The notes: generated from the letters alone by a model not told the origin. Shown: positions 1 to 10,749, counted from the first letter of the stretch. The stretch is DNA of 64,000 nucleotides from an uncultured delta proteobacterium (GCA_963840855.1 CAWJBB010000058.1:32001-96000); one strand, 5' to 3'. Translations and numbers: made by a program.

Positions 1-98
1 CGTTAAGGGCTTGCGCTGTCAATGGCCGATCGCTGGCGCGGCCTTGCGATGCACTGGGGATAAATTACAGTATTATAGATTCTTTGGGCATACTTATT

Positions 99-992
99 AT
101 GGAACTTAGGATCGCCACCAAACTAACACTGAACGATGGTCACCTAATTCCTCAGCTCGGGTTGGGAGTGTGGCAGATTCGCGCGGGGACGACCTGTGAA
201 GCGGCCGTGCTTGCCGCGCTGGAAGCAGGATACCGGCATATCGATACTGCGGCCATGTATGGTAACGAGGAGAGCGTGGGTGCCGCCGTCAGGAAAAGCG
301 GCATTCCCCGAGAGAACATTTTCGTCACCACGAAATTGTGGAACAGTGATCATGGAAACCCCGAGCGAGCGCTGGACACGAGTCTGCGCAAGCTCAAGCT
401 CGACTATGTCGATCTGTACCTGATCCACTACCCTGTGCGGGAACGCCGGCAGAGCTGGCGCGCCCTGGAAGCGTTGCGGGCGCAGGGCAAGGCGCGCTCG
501 ATCGGCGTTAGCAATTTTACGATCAGACATTTGACTGAGCTACTCGCCGAGACGGCAACGGTCCCCGCAGTCAATCAAGTGGAGTTTCACCCCTATTTAT
601 ATCAGCGGGATTTATTGGATTTCTGCGCCGCCAAGGGCATAGTCACAGAAGCCTACAGTCCCTTGACTAAAGGGGCGCGACTGCATGATCCGAAACTTGT
701 CGCGCTTGCCAAAAAATACTCAAAAGCCGGGCCGCAGCGGGGAAACACCGGGTCGCAATGGCCTCTCATGGACAAGTTTTCCCGCCCCCCTGGAGGCAAA
801 TCAACGGCGCAAATTCTCATCCGCTGGGCATTGCAACATGGCTTGGTGGTTATTCCCAAATCGGCCAATCGTAGACGCATCTTCGAAGATGCCGATGTTT
901 TTGACTTTGAAATTACCGCAGAGGACATGCAGCTCCTGGACCGCTTTAATGAAAACCTCCGTACGTGCTGGGATCCGACCAATGCACCGTGA
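99..992 (+). CDS. Aldo/keto reductase (AKR5/2,5-DKG reductase-like)
   Basis: Motifs GYRHIDTAAMYGNE, FVTTKLWN, DLYLIHYP, IGVSNF, NQVEFHPY, IPKS; ATG at 99 preferred over TTG at 84. Confidence 0.95.
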   Translation: MELRIATKLTLNDGHLIPQLGLGVWQIRAGTTCEAAVLAALEAGYRHIDTAAMYGNEESVGAAVRKSGIPRENIFVTTKLWNSDHGNPERALDTSLRKLKLDYVDLYLIHYPVRERRQSWRALEALRAQGKARSIGVSNFTIRHLTELLAETATVPAVNQVEFHPYLYQRDLLDFCAAKGIVTEAYSPLTKGARLHDPKLVALAKKYSKAGPQRGNTGSQWPLMDKFSRPPGGKSTAQILIRWALQHGLVVIPKSANRRRIFEDADVFDFEITAEDMQLLDRFNENLRTCWDPTNAP

Positions 993-1100
993 GCCGATTC
1001 GATTCAATACCTTTCCTTGACCGCAGAAGAGCTAGGCACTACATTGGCAAACCAACCCAGAAAGCTGGCAAAGTCGGTGAAATGAAGGATACCTACGCAC

Positions 1101-2063
1101 ATGGATAGCCGGAAGCGGGCTGTTGCAAGTTTGTTTTTTGCCGCAGTCCTGTTCTTTGCTGGAACGAAGTCGGGCAATGGGGAAGTGATCACCTTAGCAG
1201 TCCCGGTTAGAAGCTTGAGTATACTCACTTTCCTCCTGGGAGCGGACCAGGGATTATACCAGCGCGAGGGGTTGGAGCTGCGCGCGGTGGTCCTGAAGCC
1301 GGACTTGGCTGTGAAGAGCATCGTCGCCGGCGAGGCAGACTTTACCTCTGCCTTCGGCACTGTGGTGCGGGGGGCCATCGCCGGGTTGCCGGTCCATGGC
1401 CTTCTGATGCTCAACGACGAGCAACCCTACTTCCTTCTCGCGGCCAAGGGAATCACATCCATCGGACAACTCAAAGGGAAAGTCATAGGCATAGCCGGCA
1501 TAGGAGGAACGCTCGACTATCTCACGCGTGCCGCCCTTCGAAAGGGCGGGCTGGATCCCGATAAGGACGTGCAGCTCATCGATATTAACACCCCGGCCAT
1601 CGGGCTCACTGCCCTCCAGTCTGGAAACGTGGCCGCCACCATGCTTTCCCTTCCGTTCAACATGGCGGCCAAGGATCTGGGGTACACCGAACTGCTTTAT
1701 GCGGGTGAGCTTGTTAAAGCAGCGGGAACCGGAGTCGGGGCCACCCTGAGCAAGATCGACCAGCGGCGCGACCAGGTAAAGAGAATGCTGCGAGCGACTC
1801 TTAGATCCATGGATTTTATTAAGGCCGAGGCGGGGGTAACGCAGGCCTTTATCTCGAAGGAGTGGAAGCTTTCTGCCCCGAAGGCGGCGGAAGCTTATCA
1901 GGTCATCCGGCGGGGACTTACTGCCGATGGGCATGTCTCTGAGACAGTCCTGCGGTCTGAGATCGATCAGGTAAGGGTACGCCTCAAGATCAAAGAGGAG
2001 GTCCCCCTCGCCCGCCTCGTCAACAACTCGATCCTCGATGAGATTCTGGCCGAGCGGCGGTAG
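1101..2063 (+). CDS. ABC transporter substrate-binding protein, NMT1/SsuA-like
   Basis: N-terminal signal peptide; GLYQREGL, LKGKVIGI, GLDPDKDV, ALQSGNVAA pattern. Confidence 0.85.
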   Translation: MDSRKRAVASLFFAAVLFFAGTKSGNGEVITLAVPVRSLSILTFLLGADQGLYQREGLELRAVVLKPDLAVKSIVAGEADFTSAFGTVVRGAIAGLPVHGLLMLNDEQPYFLLAAKGITSIGQLKGKVIGIAGIGGTLDYLTRAALRKGGLDPDKDVQLIDINTPAIGLTALQSGNVAATMLSLPFNMAAKDLGYTELLYAGELVKAAGTGVGATLSKIDQRRDQVKRMLRATLRSMDFIKAEAGVTQAFISKEWKLSAPKAAEAYQVIRRGLTADGHVSETVLRSEIDQVRVRLKIKEEVPLARLVNNSILDEILAERR

Positions 2064-2097
2064 CGGTTAAAGACAAAATTCCAAGGAGGAAAAACAA

Positions 2098-2460
2098 ATG
2101 GCAACGGCTCAGGAACAGTCGGGCCTGGAGGCAAAATGGGACCGCGAGAGTTCAGCGCTTCTTATCGTTGATATGCAGAACGACTTCTGCCATCCCGAGG
2201 GCGCCCAAGGAAAGCGCGGGCGCGACCTGTCTATGGTCTATGGCATGATCCCCAGGTTTGCTGAGGTCCTGAAGGGAGCGCGGCAAATCGGCCTGCCCGT
2301 AATTTTTGTCCGGACTCTCCACTACCTGTGGACCGACTCTAAAACCTGGCGCAAACGCTTGGAGGGATATAAGCAGGGCATAGAGATCTGTCTTCCCGGG
2401 AGCTGGGGCGCGGAGATCATTGACGCTCTGGCCCCGCTGGAGAGCGAGCCGGGGTCATAG
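2098..2460 (+). pseudogene. Truncated isochorismatase/cysteine hydrolase
   Basis: ALLIVDMQNDFC and GSWGAEII are present, but the ORF stops at 120 aa before the Lys and catalytic Cys half; no continuation seen. Confidence 0.75.
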
Positions 2461-2591
2461 AGTGCACTTATCGCCCATGCACTGGAGTCAGAAGGGAAAT
2501 GGACAATCACCGCCAAAGTTAATAGAAATTAAATCCAGCCTCAGGACGACTAAGCCCGGCGTGATCAGTGATGTAAACAGGGAGGAGCGCC

Positions 2592-3248
2592 ATGGCAAAA
2601 AAGGGAGAGGGTTTGTTTTTAGTCTACACTGACCTCATCGAACCAAAGCACGAGGAAGAATTTAATGCCTGGTACAACACCGAGCATCTACCGGAACTGC
2701 TGGCCTTGCCGGGGTTTCTCGACGCGGCGCGCTATGTGGCCACCCGAGGCGGCCCGAAATATCTAGCTGTCTACGAACTCGCGAGTATTGAGGCCGTCCG
2801 AAGCCCGGAGTTCAGCACACGAAAGCGTACGCCCTGGGAAAACCGTATGTCCCCGCGGGTGACCGGCAAAAACCTGACGCGCATCGTCGGCCGGCAGATC
2901 TTTCCAGGCATGCTGGAAAATCCCGATCGCGGCATGGCGCCTGCCCTCCAGATCGGCCGCATGTCCGTGCCGGAAAGCGCGGAGGCTGAATGGAATGAGT
3001 GGTATAACACCGAGTATATTCCCGGATATCTTACGGTCCCGGGCGTCATCTATGCGCGGCGCTACCAGGCAGCGGAGGGTGAGCGCAGCTTCGCAACCGT
3101 GTATGAATTGGCGAATGATAAGGTGTCCGAAAGCACCGAGTGGTCACATCAAAGGGAACATTCCTCGCCACGCTCCGGACGCATGCGCGGACTTATGACC
3201 ATGGCCGCCGGCTCCCCGGGTGTGTATCACCGTATATTTCCGCAGTGA
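2592..3248 (+). CDS. Tandem EthD/DUF4286-like dimeric alpha-beta barrel protein
   Basis: Two repeats of E(F/W)NxWYNTE(H/Y)xP...PGxxxAxRY...YEL. Confidence 0.8.
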   Translation: MAKKGEGLFLVYTDLIEPKHEEEFNAWYNTEHLPELLALPGFLDAARYVATRGGPKYLAVYELASIEAVRSPEFSTRKRTPWENRMSPRVTGKNLTRIVGRQIFPGMLENPDRGMAPALQIGRMSVPESAEAEWNEWYNTEYIPGYLTVPGVIYARRYQAAEGERSFATVYELANDKVSESTEWSHQREHSSPRSGRMRGLMTMAAGSPGVYHRIFPQ

Positions 3249-3362
3249 AGCCGCTTGGAATCGCGGCACATATTCCACCCCGGTTCAAATCGTTCAATTG
3301 GCCCCGCGCCTCGGATCCGAGAGCGTCGCGATGATTTCGGCCGGGAAACGATCTATGCTCGG

Positions 3363-4283
3363 TTAGCGTTGATTGGATTTAGTCACGAATTCGCGTAGCT
3401 CACTGTTGAATCGCGCTGCAGCTTCCCAAAACGGCATGTGTCCGACGCCTTCGTAAATAGAAGACTGCGCATGTAAAACAACACTGGCGGTGTAGCCGGC
3501 CATGGCGATCAATGCCACTCGGTCTTCCTTTCCGTGGCTAACCAGCACCGGCACGGTAATCTTTTTGAGAGCGTCCTCATAGGGTGCCGGCCGCCCCATC
3601 AGATGGCTGCGTATCTGCGCCGGCACGATCATGTTATAGGCAAGCATCACTTGAAGCTCGTCCGGCGGCAGCGCCTTGGCCGCGGATAACTTCAGAAACG
3701 AAAGCGTGTTCTCAATATTTTCTGTCAGGTTTTCCGACGACATCTTGAATACGGCGGGTATTGCAGGGCCGAAGAGTTCCGGAACGACTTTGGTGAACGC
3801 TGCGACGAAGTTGATGCCCGCGATATTGCTATCGCCGTATTCCATCAGATATTCCGCGATAATCCGGCCTCCATAAGACCAGCCGACTAGCACCGGCTTC
3901 TTGAGCTTAGCCCCTTCCATCACGGTTTTGAGTTCGCCAGCCCAACGCTTGTGATCCCGGTAGTAGGCCGGGTCCAGAGGTTTATCAGAGCCGCCATGAC
4001 CGCGAATGTCGTAGGTAATAATACGAAATGAATTTGCCAACTCACTTGCGAATTGGCGTGACCAAGAGAGATGGCTTTGTGAAAAGCCGTGGATGAATAG
4101 AATCTCGGGTCCGTCCGGATTGCCCCATTCTTGAGCGGAGATCAGCACGCCGTCAGGTGTTTGAACTTTGAAAGGTTTGAATGGCCGTGCGGCTGCCTGC
4201 GGTTGGGCCATTGCCGGGTCCGATCCAAACGCCAACCAGCTAACCATTGCCAAAGCGCAACATATTGGGGTAAGGCTTTTCAT
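3363..4283 (-). CDS. Secreted alpha/beta hydrolase (non-heme haloperoxidase-like)
   Basis: HGFSQS, DIRGHG, GWSYGG nucleophile elbow, GHMPFWE; signal peptide. Confidence 0.9.
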   Translation of the reverse strand: MKSLTPICCALAMVSWLAFGSDPAMAQPQAAARPFKPFKVQTPDGVLISAQEWGNPDGPEILFIHGFSQSHLSWSRQFASELANSFRIITYDIRGHGGSDKPLDPAYYRDHKRWAGELKTVMEGAKLKKPVLVGWSYGGRIIAEYLMEYGDSNIAGINFVAAFTKVVPELFGPAIPAVFKMSSENLTENIENTLSFLKLSAAKALPPDELQVMLAYNMIVPAQIRSHLMGRPAPYEDALKKITVPVLVSHGKEDRVALIAMAGYTASVVLHAQSSIYEGVGHMPFWEAAARFNSELREFVTKSNQR

Positions 4284-4320
4284 TCCTGCGTAACTGTCCG
4301 GTCGAGCAATGCACGGAATT

Positions 4321-6555
4321 TTATCCCTGTCTTTCCTTAATCGCCCGATAAATCTTCTCCGGCGCCAGCGGCAATTCGAACAAGCGCACGCCCACCGCGT
4401 CGGCGATGGCGTTGGCGATGGCCGCCGGCGGCGCGTTGTTGGCGAACTCGCCGATGGGTTTCGAGTCCAGCGGGCCGACTCCGCCGGTGGACTTTACCAG
4501 CACGGTGGTAAGCTTTGGAATGTCGGCGACGGTGGGGAGTTTATAGTCGCCTAAATTATTATTGGTGATGCGGCCATTGTCCATGACCAGCTCTTCCATC
4601 ACACCCTGTCCCATGCCCATGATAGCGGCGCCGTCGATCTGCCCCTGGTGCGCTATGGGATTGATGATGGTGCCCACGTCATGAGCGGTGACGATGCGCT
4701 TGACGCGCACCGCGCCGGTGGCCGGGTCGACTTCGACTTCGGCGACCTGCGCGCAGATATAAGAGATATTTTCCGGGTAAGGGTAATCTTCGTAAACCAT
4801 GACCTGGAGGGGCTCCGCGGCTTGTGCCACCACGCGCCGCAACGCCAATTGCTGCCCCGGATCCTGTCGCAGTGAGAATCGGCCGTCCGCGAATTCGATT
4901 TCTTCAGCCCGGCACTCCAACATCCGCGCCGCTTGCTCCAGCAATCGTTCGCGCAACTTTTCACAGGCCTCGACCATCGCGTTGCCGGCAACGTAGGTCA
5001 TGCGGCTGGCCCTCATACCGCCGTCCCGCGGCGCCGTGTCAGTGTCCCCCACCACAACTTTCACATGCTCGACCGGCACCTTCATCTGATCCGCGACCAG
5101 CTGGCGGAGAATCGTGTGCGTGCCGGAGCCCTGATCGATACTCGGGCTGACTATGGTAAAGCTGCCGTCCGATTCGGCGGTCAGAATAACGCCCGTGTCG
5201 CCGCCGCTGATATGGCGCCCGGAGAGCGCAATGCCACGGCCGCTGTTGCGCGGCTTGGCTTTGTTCCAGCCCGCCGCGGATAATGCGCTCTGCAATACTT
5301 CACGGAAGCGTACGTTTTTCAGCGGGTGCCCCACTCCGTCTTCTTCGCCTTCGGAAAGAAAATTCCGCATGCGAAACTCCGCCGGGTCCATCTTCAACTC
5401 TTGGGCGATAAGGTCGGTATGCGAATCGACGGCGAACGCCACCGCCACCGCGCCGGGACTGCGATAATAGCCGCCCGGCACCGTATTGGTGTAGATCTGC
5501 AAAAACTCGAAGGACGCATTTTCCATGCGATACTGGCCGCCCGCGTAGTGCCACGTAGCCAGCGATGTGTTGGATTTGAGCGCGCCATACCCGCCGCTGG
5601 CGTGCAGCGCGCGGGTGGAACGCGCCACGATGCGCCCGTCGCGCGTGACGCCGCTCCGAATAGTGATCACCGTGGGGTGCGCCGGGTTGCTCGCGCTCAA
5701 CTCTTCGGCGTAGGTGTTGACAATCTTGACCGGCTTTCCCGCTTTCTGCGCGAGAAAGTAGGCCACCGTAAGATCGACGCCGTCGCCCTTGCCGCCGAAT
5801 TCGCCGCCGACATTGACGACGTTCATGCGGATGCGCTCTTCGGGCAAACCCAACGCTTTAGAAAGCTGGCTGCGCACGCCGAAAGGATTTTTCACCGACG
5901 CCCACACCTGCACGCGGCCGTCGCCGTCGATGGCCACCGTGCCCGCGTGGGGCTCGAGATAACCCTGGTGTCGCGCCGGAATGCGGAAGGTATGTTCGAG
6001 CACCAGATCGGCTTGGCGAAATCCTCGTTCGACATCTCCCTTGCTATACGCAAGGCGCGTAAGACCATTATGGAGATCGTTGGCAAGAATTTTTGTCGGC
6101 GCGCCGTCGTAAGCCGCGACGTTTTCGTGGAGCAGCGGCGCGCTGGGCTGCATCGCCTCCTCCGGATCGAACACCGCCGGCAATTGCTCATAATCGACGT
6201 CGATTAGTTGGATGGCCTCCTCCGCGGCGTCTAAAGTATCCGCGGCCACGGCGGCGACTCGGTCGCCGATGAAACGCACCACGTCCCAACAAAGCACGGG
6301 CATGTCGCGAATTTGTTTGCCCACCAGACAGCCGCGCACATCTGCGCCGGTGATGACGGCGCGGACGCCGGGCACCCGGCGCGCGTTGGCCACATCGACG
6401 CGGCGAATGCGCGCATGGGGATGCGGGCTGCGCAGTATTTTCCCCCAAAGCAGGCCGGAGAGCTTGACGTCCGCGGCGTACACCGTGCGCCCGCTGACTT
6501 TGTCCGTTCCCTCCGCCCGTGGAACCGAAGTGCCAACTGTTTTAAATTCAGCCAT
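4321..6555 (-). CDS. Xanthine dehydrogenase family molybdopterin-binding large subunit
   Basis: LRSPHPHARI, GGEFGGK, DQGSG, HDVGTIINP, GQIDG, KPIGE. Confidence 0.93.
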   Translation of the reverse strand: MAEFKTVGTSVPRAEGTDKVSGRTVYAADVKLSGLLWGKILRSPHPHARIRRVDVANARRVPGVRAVITGADVRGCLVGKQIRDMPVLCWDVVRFIGDRVAAVAADTLDAAEEAIQLIDVDYEQLPAVFDPEEAMQPSAPLLHENVAAYDGAPTKILANDLHNGLTRLAYSKGDVERGFRQADLVLEHTFRIPARHQGYLEPHAGTVAIDGDGRVQVWASVKNPFGVRSQLSKALGLPEERIRMNVVNVGGEFGGKGDGVDLTVAYFLAQKAGKPVKIVNTYAEELSASNPAHPTVITIRSGVTRDGRIVARSTRALHASGGYGALKSNTSLATWHYAGGQYRMENASFEFLQIYTNTVPGGYYRSPGAVAVAFAVDSHTDLIAQELKMDPAEFRMRNFLSEGEEDGVGHPLKNVRFREVLQSALSAAGWNKAKPRNSGRGIALSGRHISGGDTGVILTAESDGSFTIVSPSIDQGSGTHTILRQLVADQMKVPVEHVKVVVGDTDTAPRDGGMRASRMTYVAGNAMVEACEKLRERLLEQAARMLECRAEEIEFADGRFSLRQDPGQQLALRRVVAQAAEPLQVMVYEDYPYPENISYICAQVAEVEVDPATGAVRVKRIVTAHDVGTIINPIAHQGQIDGAAIMGMGQGVMEELVMDNGRITNNNLGDYKLPTVADIPKLTTVLVKSTGGVGPLDSKPIGEFANNAPPAAIANAIADAVGVRLFELPLAPEKIYRAIKERQG

Positions 6556-6664
6556 GGTGCACTTGTAAATAGTCGAGGAGCGCAGGGTACGTCAAGCGCG
6601 ACGAAAAAATACTTGATCGCCGATGGGCCATTGAGGTATGAAGACCTCGAGCGGTAAGGAAAAC

Positions 6665-7180
6665 ATGGGCGCGCTGCAAAAGGTTTCTCTCAGAATCAAT
6701 GGCGTTGAGCATAGCCGAGAAGTAGAGCCGCGGCTGCTGCTGGTTCACTTTCTTCGTGACGTTCTCGGCCTGACCGGCACGCATATCGGCTGCGATACCA
6801 GCAGTTGCGGCGCCTGCACGGTCATGCTTGACAACATGGCCGTCAAGTCATGCACGGTGCTCGCAGTGCAAGCTGACGGCGCCGAGCTTTTGACCATCGA
6901 AGGTTTGGCTCAAGGGGACAGGCTCCATCCGCTCCAGGAAGCGTTTTGGGAATGTCACGGGCTGCAATGCGGCTTTTGCACGCCGGGAATGATTCTTTCC
7001 GCATATCAACTTTTGATGCGTAACCCGAAGCCCAGCGAGCCGGAGATTCGCCACGCGATCGATGGCAACCTCTGCCGCTGCACCGGCTATGAGCATATCG
7101 TCGACTCCGTTCAGTACGCCGCCAAAAAGATGAAGAGAAAGGCTATAAGAAGGCGTGAGGCGCGAGGCAACAGGCAATAG
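6665..7180 (+). CDS. coxS: 2Fe-2S small subunit, CoxS-like
   Basis: [30 protein letters not shown]; ATG 6665 follows AAGGA. Confidence 0.92.
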   Translation: MGALQKVSLRINGVEHSREVEPRLLLVHFLRDVLGLTGTHIGCDTSSCGACTVMLDNMAVKSCTVLAVQADGAELLTIEGLAQGDRLHPLQEAFWECHGLQCGFCTPGMILSAYQLLMRNPKPSEPEIRHAIDGNLCRCTGYEHIVDSVQYAAKKMKRKAIRRREARGNRQ

Positions 7181-7241
7181 CAATGGATTTCGGCCTCAAT
7201 CCAAAATCCAAAACCGAAAATCAAAAATTCGAGACGAAGCC

Positions 7242-9572
7242 ATGCCAGTGAGCAAATCGGTGGGCGCCAGGGTTAAGCGCCGCGAAGATCCCAAACTGAT
7301 CTGCGGGCTCGGCCAGTATGTGGACGACATCAATCTCCCCAGGACGCTCCACGTGGCGATCCTAAGAAGCCCCTACGCCCACGCGCAGATCAAAAAACTT
7401 GACGCCGACGCGGCGCGCCGGCTTTCCGGCGTAGTCGCGGTTTGCACCGGCCCGGAGCTCGAAGACAAAATCGGCGCTCTGCCGACCACCGCGGACAACC
7501 CAACGCTCAAGATCCCCGCGCATCACGTCCTCGCCGCCGGCAAAGTCTGTTTCGCCGGCGAGGGAGTCGCCGCCGTAGTCGCGGAGGATCGGTATACCGC
7601 GCGGGATGCGCTCGATCTCATTCAAGTGGAATATGAGGCGCTCCCGGTAGTCTCGGACCCGGAAAAGGCTTTGACCCCGGGGTCGCCGGTTATCCATTCT
7701 GAATTTACCGACAACCTCGCCTTTAGCTGGAAGCATGAGCAGGGCGATGTAGCCAAGGCTTTCAAACAAGCGGATAAAATCGTAAAGCAGCGCCTCGTCC
7801 ATCAGCGCCTCGCGCCCATCGCCATCGAAACCCGGGCCGTTCTGGCCCGCTATTTACCGGAGGCAAAGGAACTCACGGTCTGGTCATCGACGCAGATCCC
7901 GCACATTCTTAAAACCCATCTCGCGCAGCTGCTCAAGCTCCCAGAAAACGAGGTGCGCGTCATCGCGCCGGACGTGGGCGGCGGATTCGGCTGCAAGCTC
8001 AACGTTTACGCCGAGGAGGCGCTGTTGGGATATTTAGCGCTCACCCTCGGCCGCCCGGTGAAATGGATCGAGGAGCGCCGGGAAAACATCCAGGCGACGA
8101 TTCATGGCCGAGGGCAGGTGGGCGAAGTCGAAGCGGCGGTAAAGAAAGATGGGACCATCTTGGGCCTCAGATACAAAGTCATCGCCGACATCGGCGCCTA
8201 TCACCAGCTTTTCACCCCCGCCATTCCGCCCTTTACGGGTCTCATGCTTTCCGGTTGTTACAAGATTCCCGCGATGAGCATCGAACTCTCGGCAGCCTTC
8301 ACTAACAAAATGTCCACCGACGCTTACCGCGGCGCGGGACGGCCCGAAGCGGCTTACGTGATCGAGCGAATCATCGACCGGGTGGCGCAGGAGCTGAAGC
8401 TCGATGCGGTCGCGGTGCGGAGAAGGAATTTTCCCAAGGCCTCCGAGTTTCCGTTCAAGACCGCCACCGGTCTCGCCTACGACAGCGGCAATTATCAGCT
8501 AGCGCTCGGCAAAGCGCTCAAGCTTGCCGGCTATGAAAAACTGCGCCGCGAGCAAAAACGGCTCAGAAGCCAGGGGAGATATTTGGGAATCGGGCTTTCG
8601 ACCTATGTCGAGATTTGCGCCATGGGACCGGGCTTCTGGGAATATGGCAAAGTGCACTTAGAGCCCAACGGAAAAGTCACGGTCTTCTCCGGGGCGTCGC
8701 CGCACGGCCAAGGGCAGCAGACATCTTTCGCGCAGATCGTGTCCGACGAATTGGGCGTCGCACTGGACGATATCACCGTGGTCCACGGCGACACCGCTCA
8801 GGTAGCCAGGGGCATGGGTACCTTCGGCAGCCGGGCGACGGCGGTGGGCGGCATTGCCGTCTATCATGCGGCGGAGCAGGTTAGAGAAAAAGCCCGGGAG
8901 ATCGCATCGCATCTTTTAGAAGTCGATGCGGATGATCTGGTATTTTCCGACGGCCGATTCAGCGTCAAAGGTGTGCCGAAAAAAGCGCTGACGATCCAAC
9001 AAATCGCCAGGCAGGCACAGGAAACTGGAGATTCGTCGGGCAAGACGGCGCCGGGCCTGGCCGCCGAACATCAGTTTGAACCGTCCAACTTCACGTTTCC
9101 CTTCGGCACGCATATCTGCGTCGTCGAAATCGATCCGCAAACCGGCAACATCACAATCAAGAAATACTTCGCCGTGGATGACTGCGGCAAGGTTATCAAT
9201 CCGCTACTCGTCGACGGGCAGCTTCATGGAGGCATCGTGCAAGGCTTGGGGCAGGCGCTGTACGAGGGAGTGGTTTACGATGAGAATGGCCAGCTGCGCA
9301 ACGGCAGCTTGTTGGATTATGGGGTGCCCAAGGCCACAAACCTGCCGCGCTTGCGTCTCTCGCGAACGGAAACACCGAGTCCGGTCAATCCTCTGGGCAT
9401 CAAAGGCATCGGCGAAGCTGGAACCGTCGGCTCCACGCCGGCAATAGTGAACGCGGTGATCGATGCGCTGGCGCCCTTCGGCGTCACGCATATCGATATG
9501 CCGCTTACGCCGCAAAAAATCTGGCGCCTGTGCCAGGGCGCAAAAGCCGCGGCGGCCGGAGGACGAAAATGA
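7242..9572 (+). CDS. coxL: Mo-hydroxylase large subunit, form II CoxL-like
   Basis: GGGFGCK, AYRGAGR (form II motif, not AYxCSFR), KGIGE; start set at MPVSKSVG. Confidence 0.88.
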   Translation: MPVSKSVGARVKRREDPKLICGLGQYVDDINLPRTLHVAILRSPYAHAQIKKLDADAARRLSGVVAVCTGPELEDKIGALPTTADNPTLKIPAHHVLAAGKVCFAGEGVAAVVAEDRYTARDALDLIQVEYEALPVVSDPEKALTPGSPVIHSEFTDNLAFSWKHEQGDVAKAFKQADKIVKQRLVHQRLAPIAIETRAVLARYLPEAKELTVWSSTQIPHILKTHLAQLLKLPENEVRVIAPDVGGGFGCKLNVYAEEALLGYLALTLGRPVKWIEERRENIQATIHGRGQVGEVEAAVKKDGTILGLRYKVIADIGAYHQLFTPAIPPFTGLMLSGCYKIPAMSIELSAAFTNKMSTDAYRGAGRPEAAYVIERIIDRVAQELKLDAVAVRRRNFPKASEFPFKTATGLAYDSGNYQLALGKALKLAGYEKLRREQKRLRSQGRYLGIGLSTYVEICAMGPGFWEYGKVHLEPNGKVTVFSGASPHGQGQQTSFAQIVSDELGVALDDITVVHGDTAQVARGMGTFGSRATAVGGIAVYHAAEQVREKAREIASHLLEVDADDLVFSDGRFSVKGVPKKALTIQQIARQAQETGDSSGKTAPGLAAEHQFEPSNFTFPFGTHICVVEIDPQTGNITIKKYFAVDDCGKVINPLLVDGQLHGGIVQGLGQALYEGVVYDENGQLRNGSLLDYGVPKATNLPRLRLSRTETPSPVNPLGIKGIGEAGTVGSTPAIVNAVIDALAPFGVTHIDMPLTPQKIWRLCQGAKAAAAGGRK

Positions 9573-10438
9573 TCCCGGCGGCCTTTGACTACGTCGCGCC
9601 GAAGACTTTGGATGAAGCCTTGCGCGAGCTGGCTGCGCACGGCGAAGACGCAAAAATACTGGCCGGGGGCCACGGCCTGTTGCCGCTAATGAAGCTCAGG
9701 CTCGTCAATCCCAAAGTGCTGGTGGATCTCAGAAAAATCCCCGGCCTCGCCGGCGTCAAGCAAGAGGGGAATAAGCTCGTCATCGGCGCGCTCACGACCC
9801 ATTACCAGATCGAAAGCTCTGCGCTCGCTTGGAAAAAATGTCCGCTCCTCAACGAAACGGCGCGGGTGATCGGCGACGTTCAAGTGCGCAATCGCGGCAC
9901 CATCGGCGGCAGCCTGACCCACGCCGATCCTGCCGCCGACTGGCCGGCGGCCATCCTCGCGCTGGCCGCAGAGCTGAAGCTCGCCGGACCAAAAGGCGAG
10001 CGGAGGATTGGCGCAGAGGATTTTTTCCTCGGACCCATGACCACCGTGACTGAAGCGACGGAAATTCTAACCGAGGTCCGCGTCCCGGTGTTCACCACGC
10101 GCTGTGGCAGCGCGTATCTTAAAATGGCCCAGCAGGCCTCCGGCTTCGCAATTGTCGGCGCGGCGGTCTGGCTTAGACTCAGCTCAAAGGGCGGCTGTGA
10201 AGAAATCGGCATCGGCATCACCGGTTTGAGCGAAAAACCCTATCGCGCCGACGCGGTCGAGCAGCGCTTGCGCGGCAACAAGCTGACTTCCGGGTTGATT
10301 GACGAAGCGTCCTCTCTCGTCGCCGAAGGCAGCGACCCGCTGGAAGACCTGCACGCCTCCGCGGATTACCGCGCTCATCTCGCGCGCGTCTATACGCGCC
10401 GGGCGATTCAGGAAGCAGGGAAGAGAGCGCTCAGGTGA
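9569..10438 (+). CDS. coxM: FAD-binding medium subunit, CoxM-like
   Basis: MIPAAFDY, LAGGH, IGDVQVRNRGTIGGS, ADPAAD; ATGA overlap with coxL. Confidence 0.92.
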   Translation: MIPAAFDYVAPKTLDEALRELAAHGEDAKILAGGHGLLPLMKLRLVNPKVLVDLRKIPGLAGVKQEGNKLVIGALTTHYQIESSALAWKKCPLLNETARVIGDVQVRNRGTIGGSLTHADPAADWPAAILALAAELKLAGPKGERRIGAEDFFLGPMTTVTEATEILTEVRVPVFTTRCGSAYLKMAQQASGFAIVGAAVWLRLSSKGGCEEIGIGITGLSEKPYRADAVEQRLRGNKLTSGLIDEASSLVAEGSDPLEDLHASADYRAHLARVYTRRAIQEAGKRALR

Positions 10439-10531
10439 GAACGGTAATTGTTTCCGACTGACGCGAGTTTTTGTTTCAAGTGCCTAGTTCCCGGTTTCTG
10501 GTTATGGAAACAAAGGATTTCGGACTTCAAA

Positions 10532-10670
10532 CTAGTAAATTGTAACAGCTAAACAGCGTTTGCCGTTCATGGTTCGAGAGCCACGAACGGCTTGTGCCTT
10601 GACCGTTCACCCTGAGCTTGTCGAAGGGTTCTTCGAACTTAGACGTCAATCAACTGTTACAGGACACTAG
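10532..10670. mobile_element. MITE-like element with CTAG-ended inverted repeats enclosing a CCTGAGCTTGTCGAAGG REP unit
   Basis: Ends ctagtaaattgtaacag / ctgttacaggacactag are imperfect inverted repeats; related ends occur at 19391-19568 and 22127-22258. Confidence 0.5.
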
Positions 10671-10749
10671 AAACATATTACCTTTAGGCTCCCGAGTTTG
10701 GAGTCGAACTCGAGACCCTGGACTCGAGACTCTAAACCGCGGGAGCCGG

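Noticed and set aside
7155-7241. N-terminal QSKIQNRKSKI extension of CoxL
   Set aside because: Translation of an intergenic aatccaa-type heptamer repeat.
7242-9572. Bona fide form I CO dehydrogenase
   Set aside because: Has AYRGAGR rather than AYxCSFR, S-L-M order and no coxDEF/G accessory genes nearby.
4309-10378. Numerous overlapping antisense and alternate-frame ORFs here and across the window
   Set aside because: Expected shadows of GC-rich coding sequence, with no recognisable motifs.
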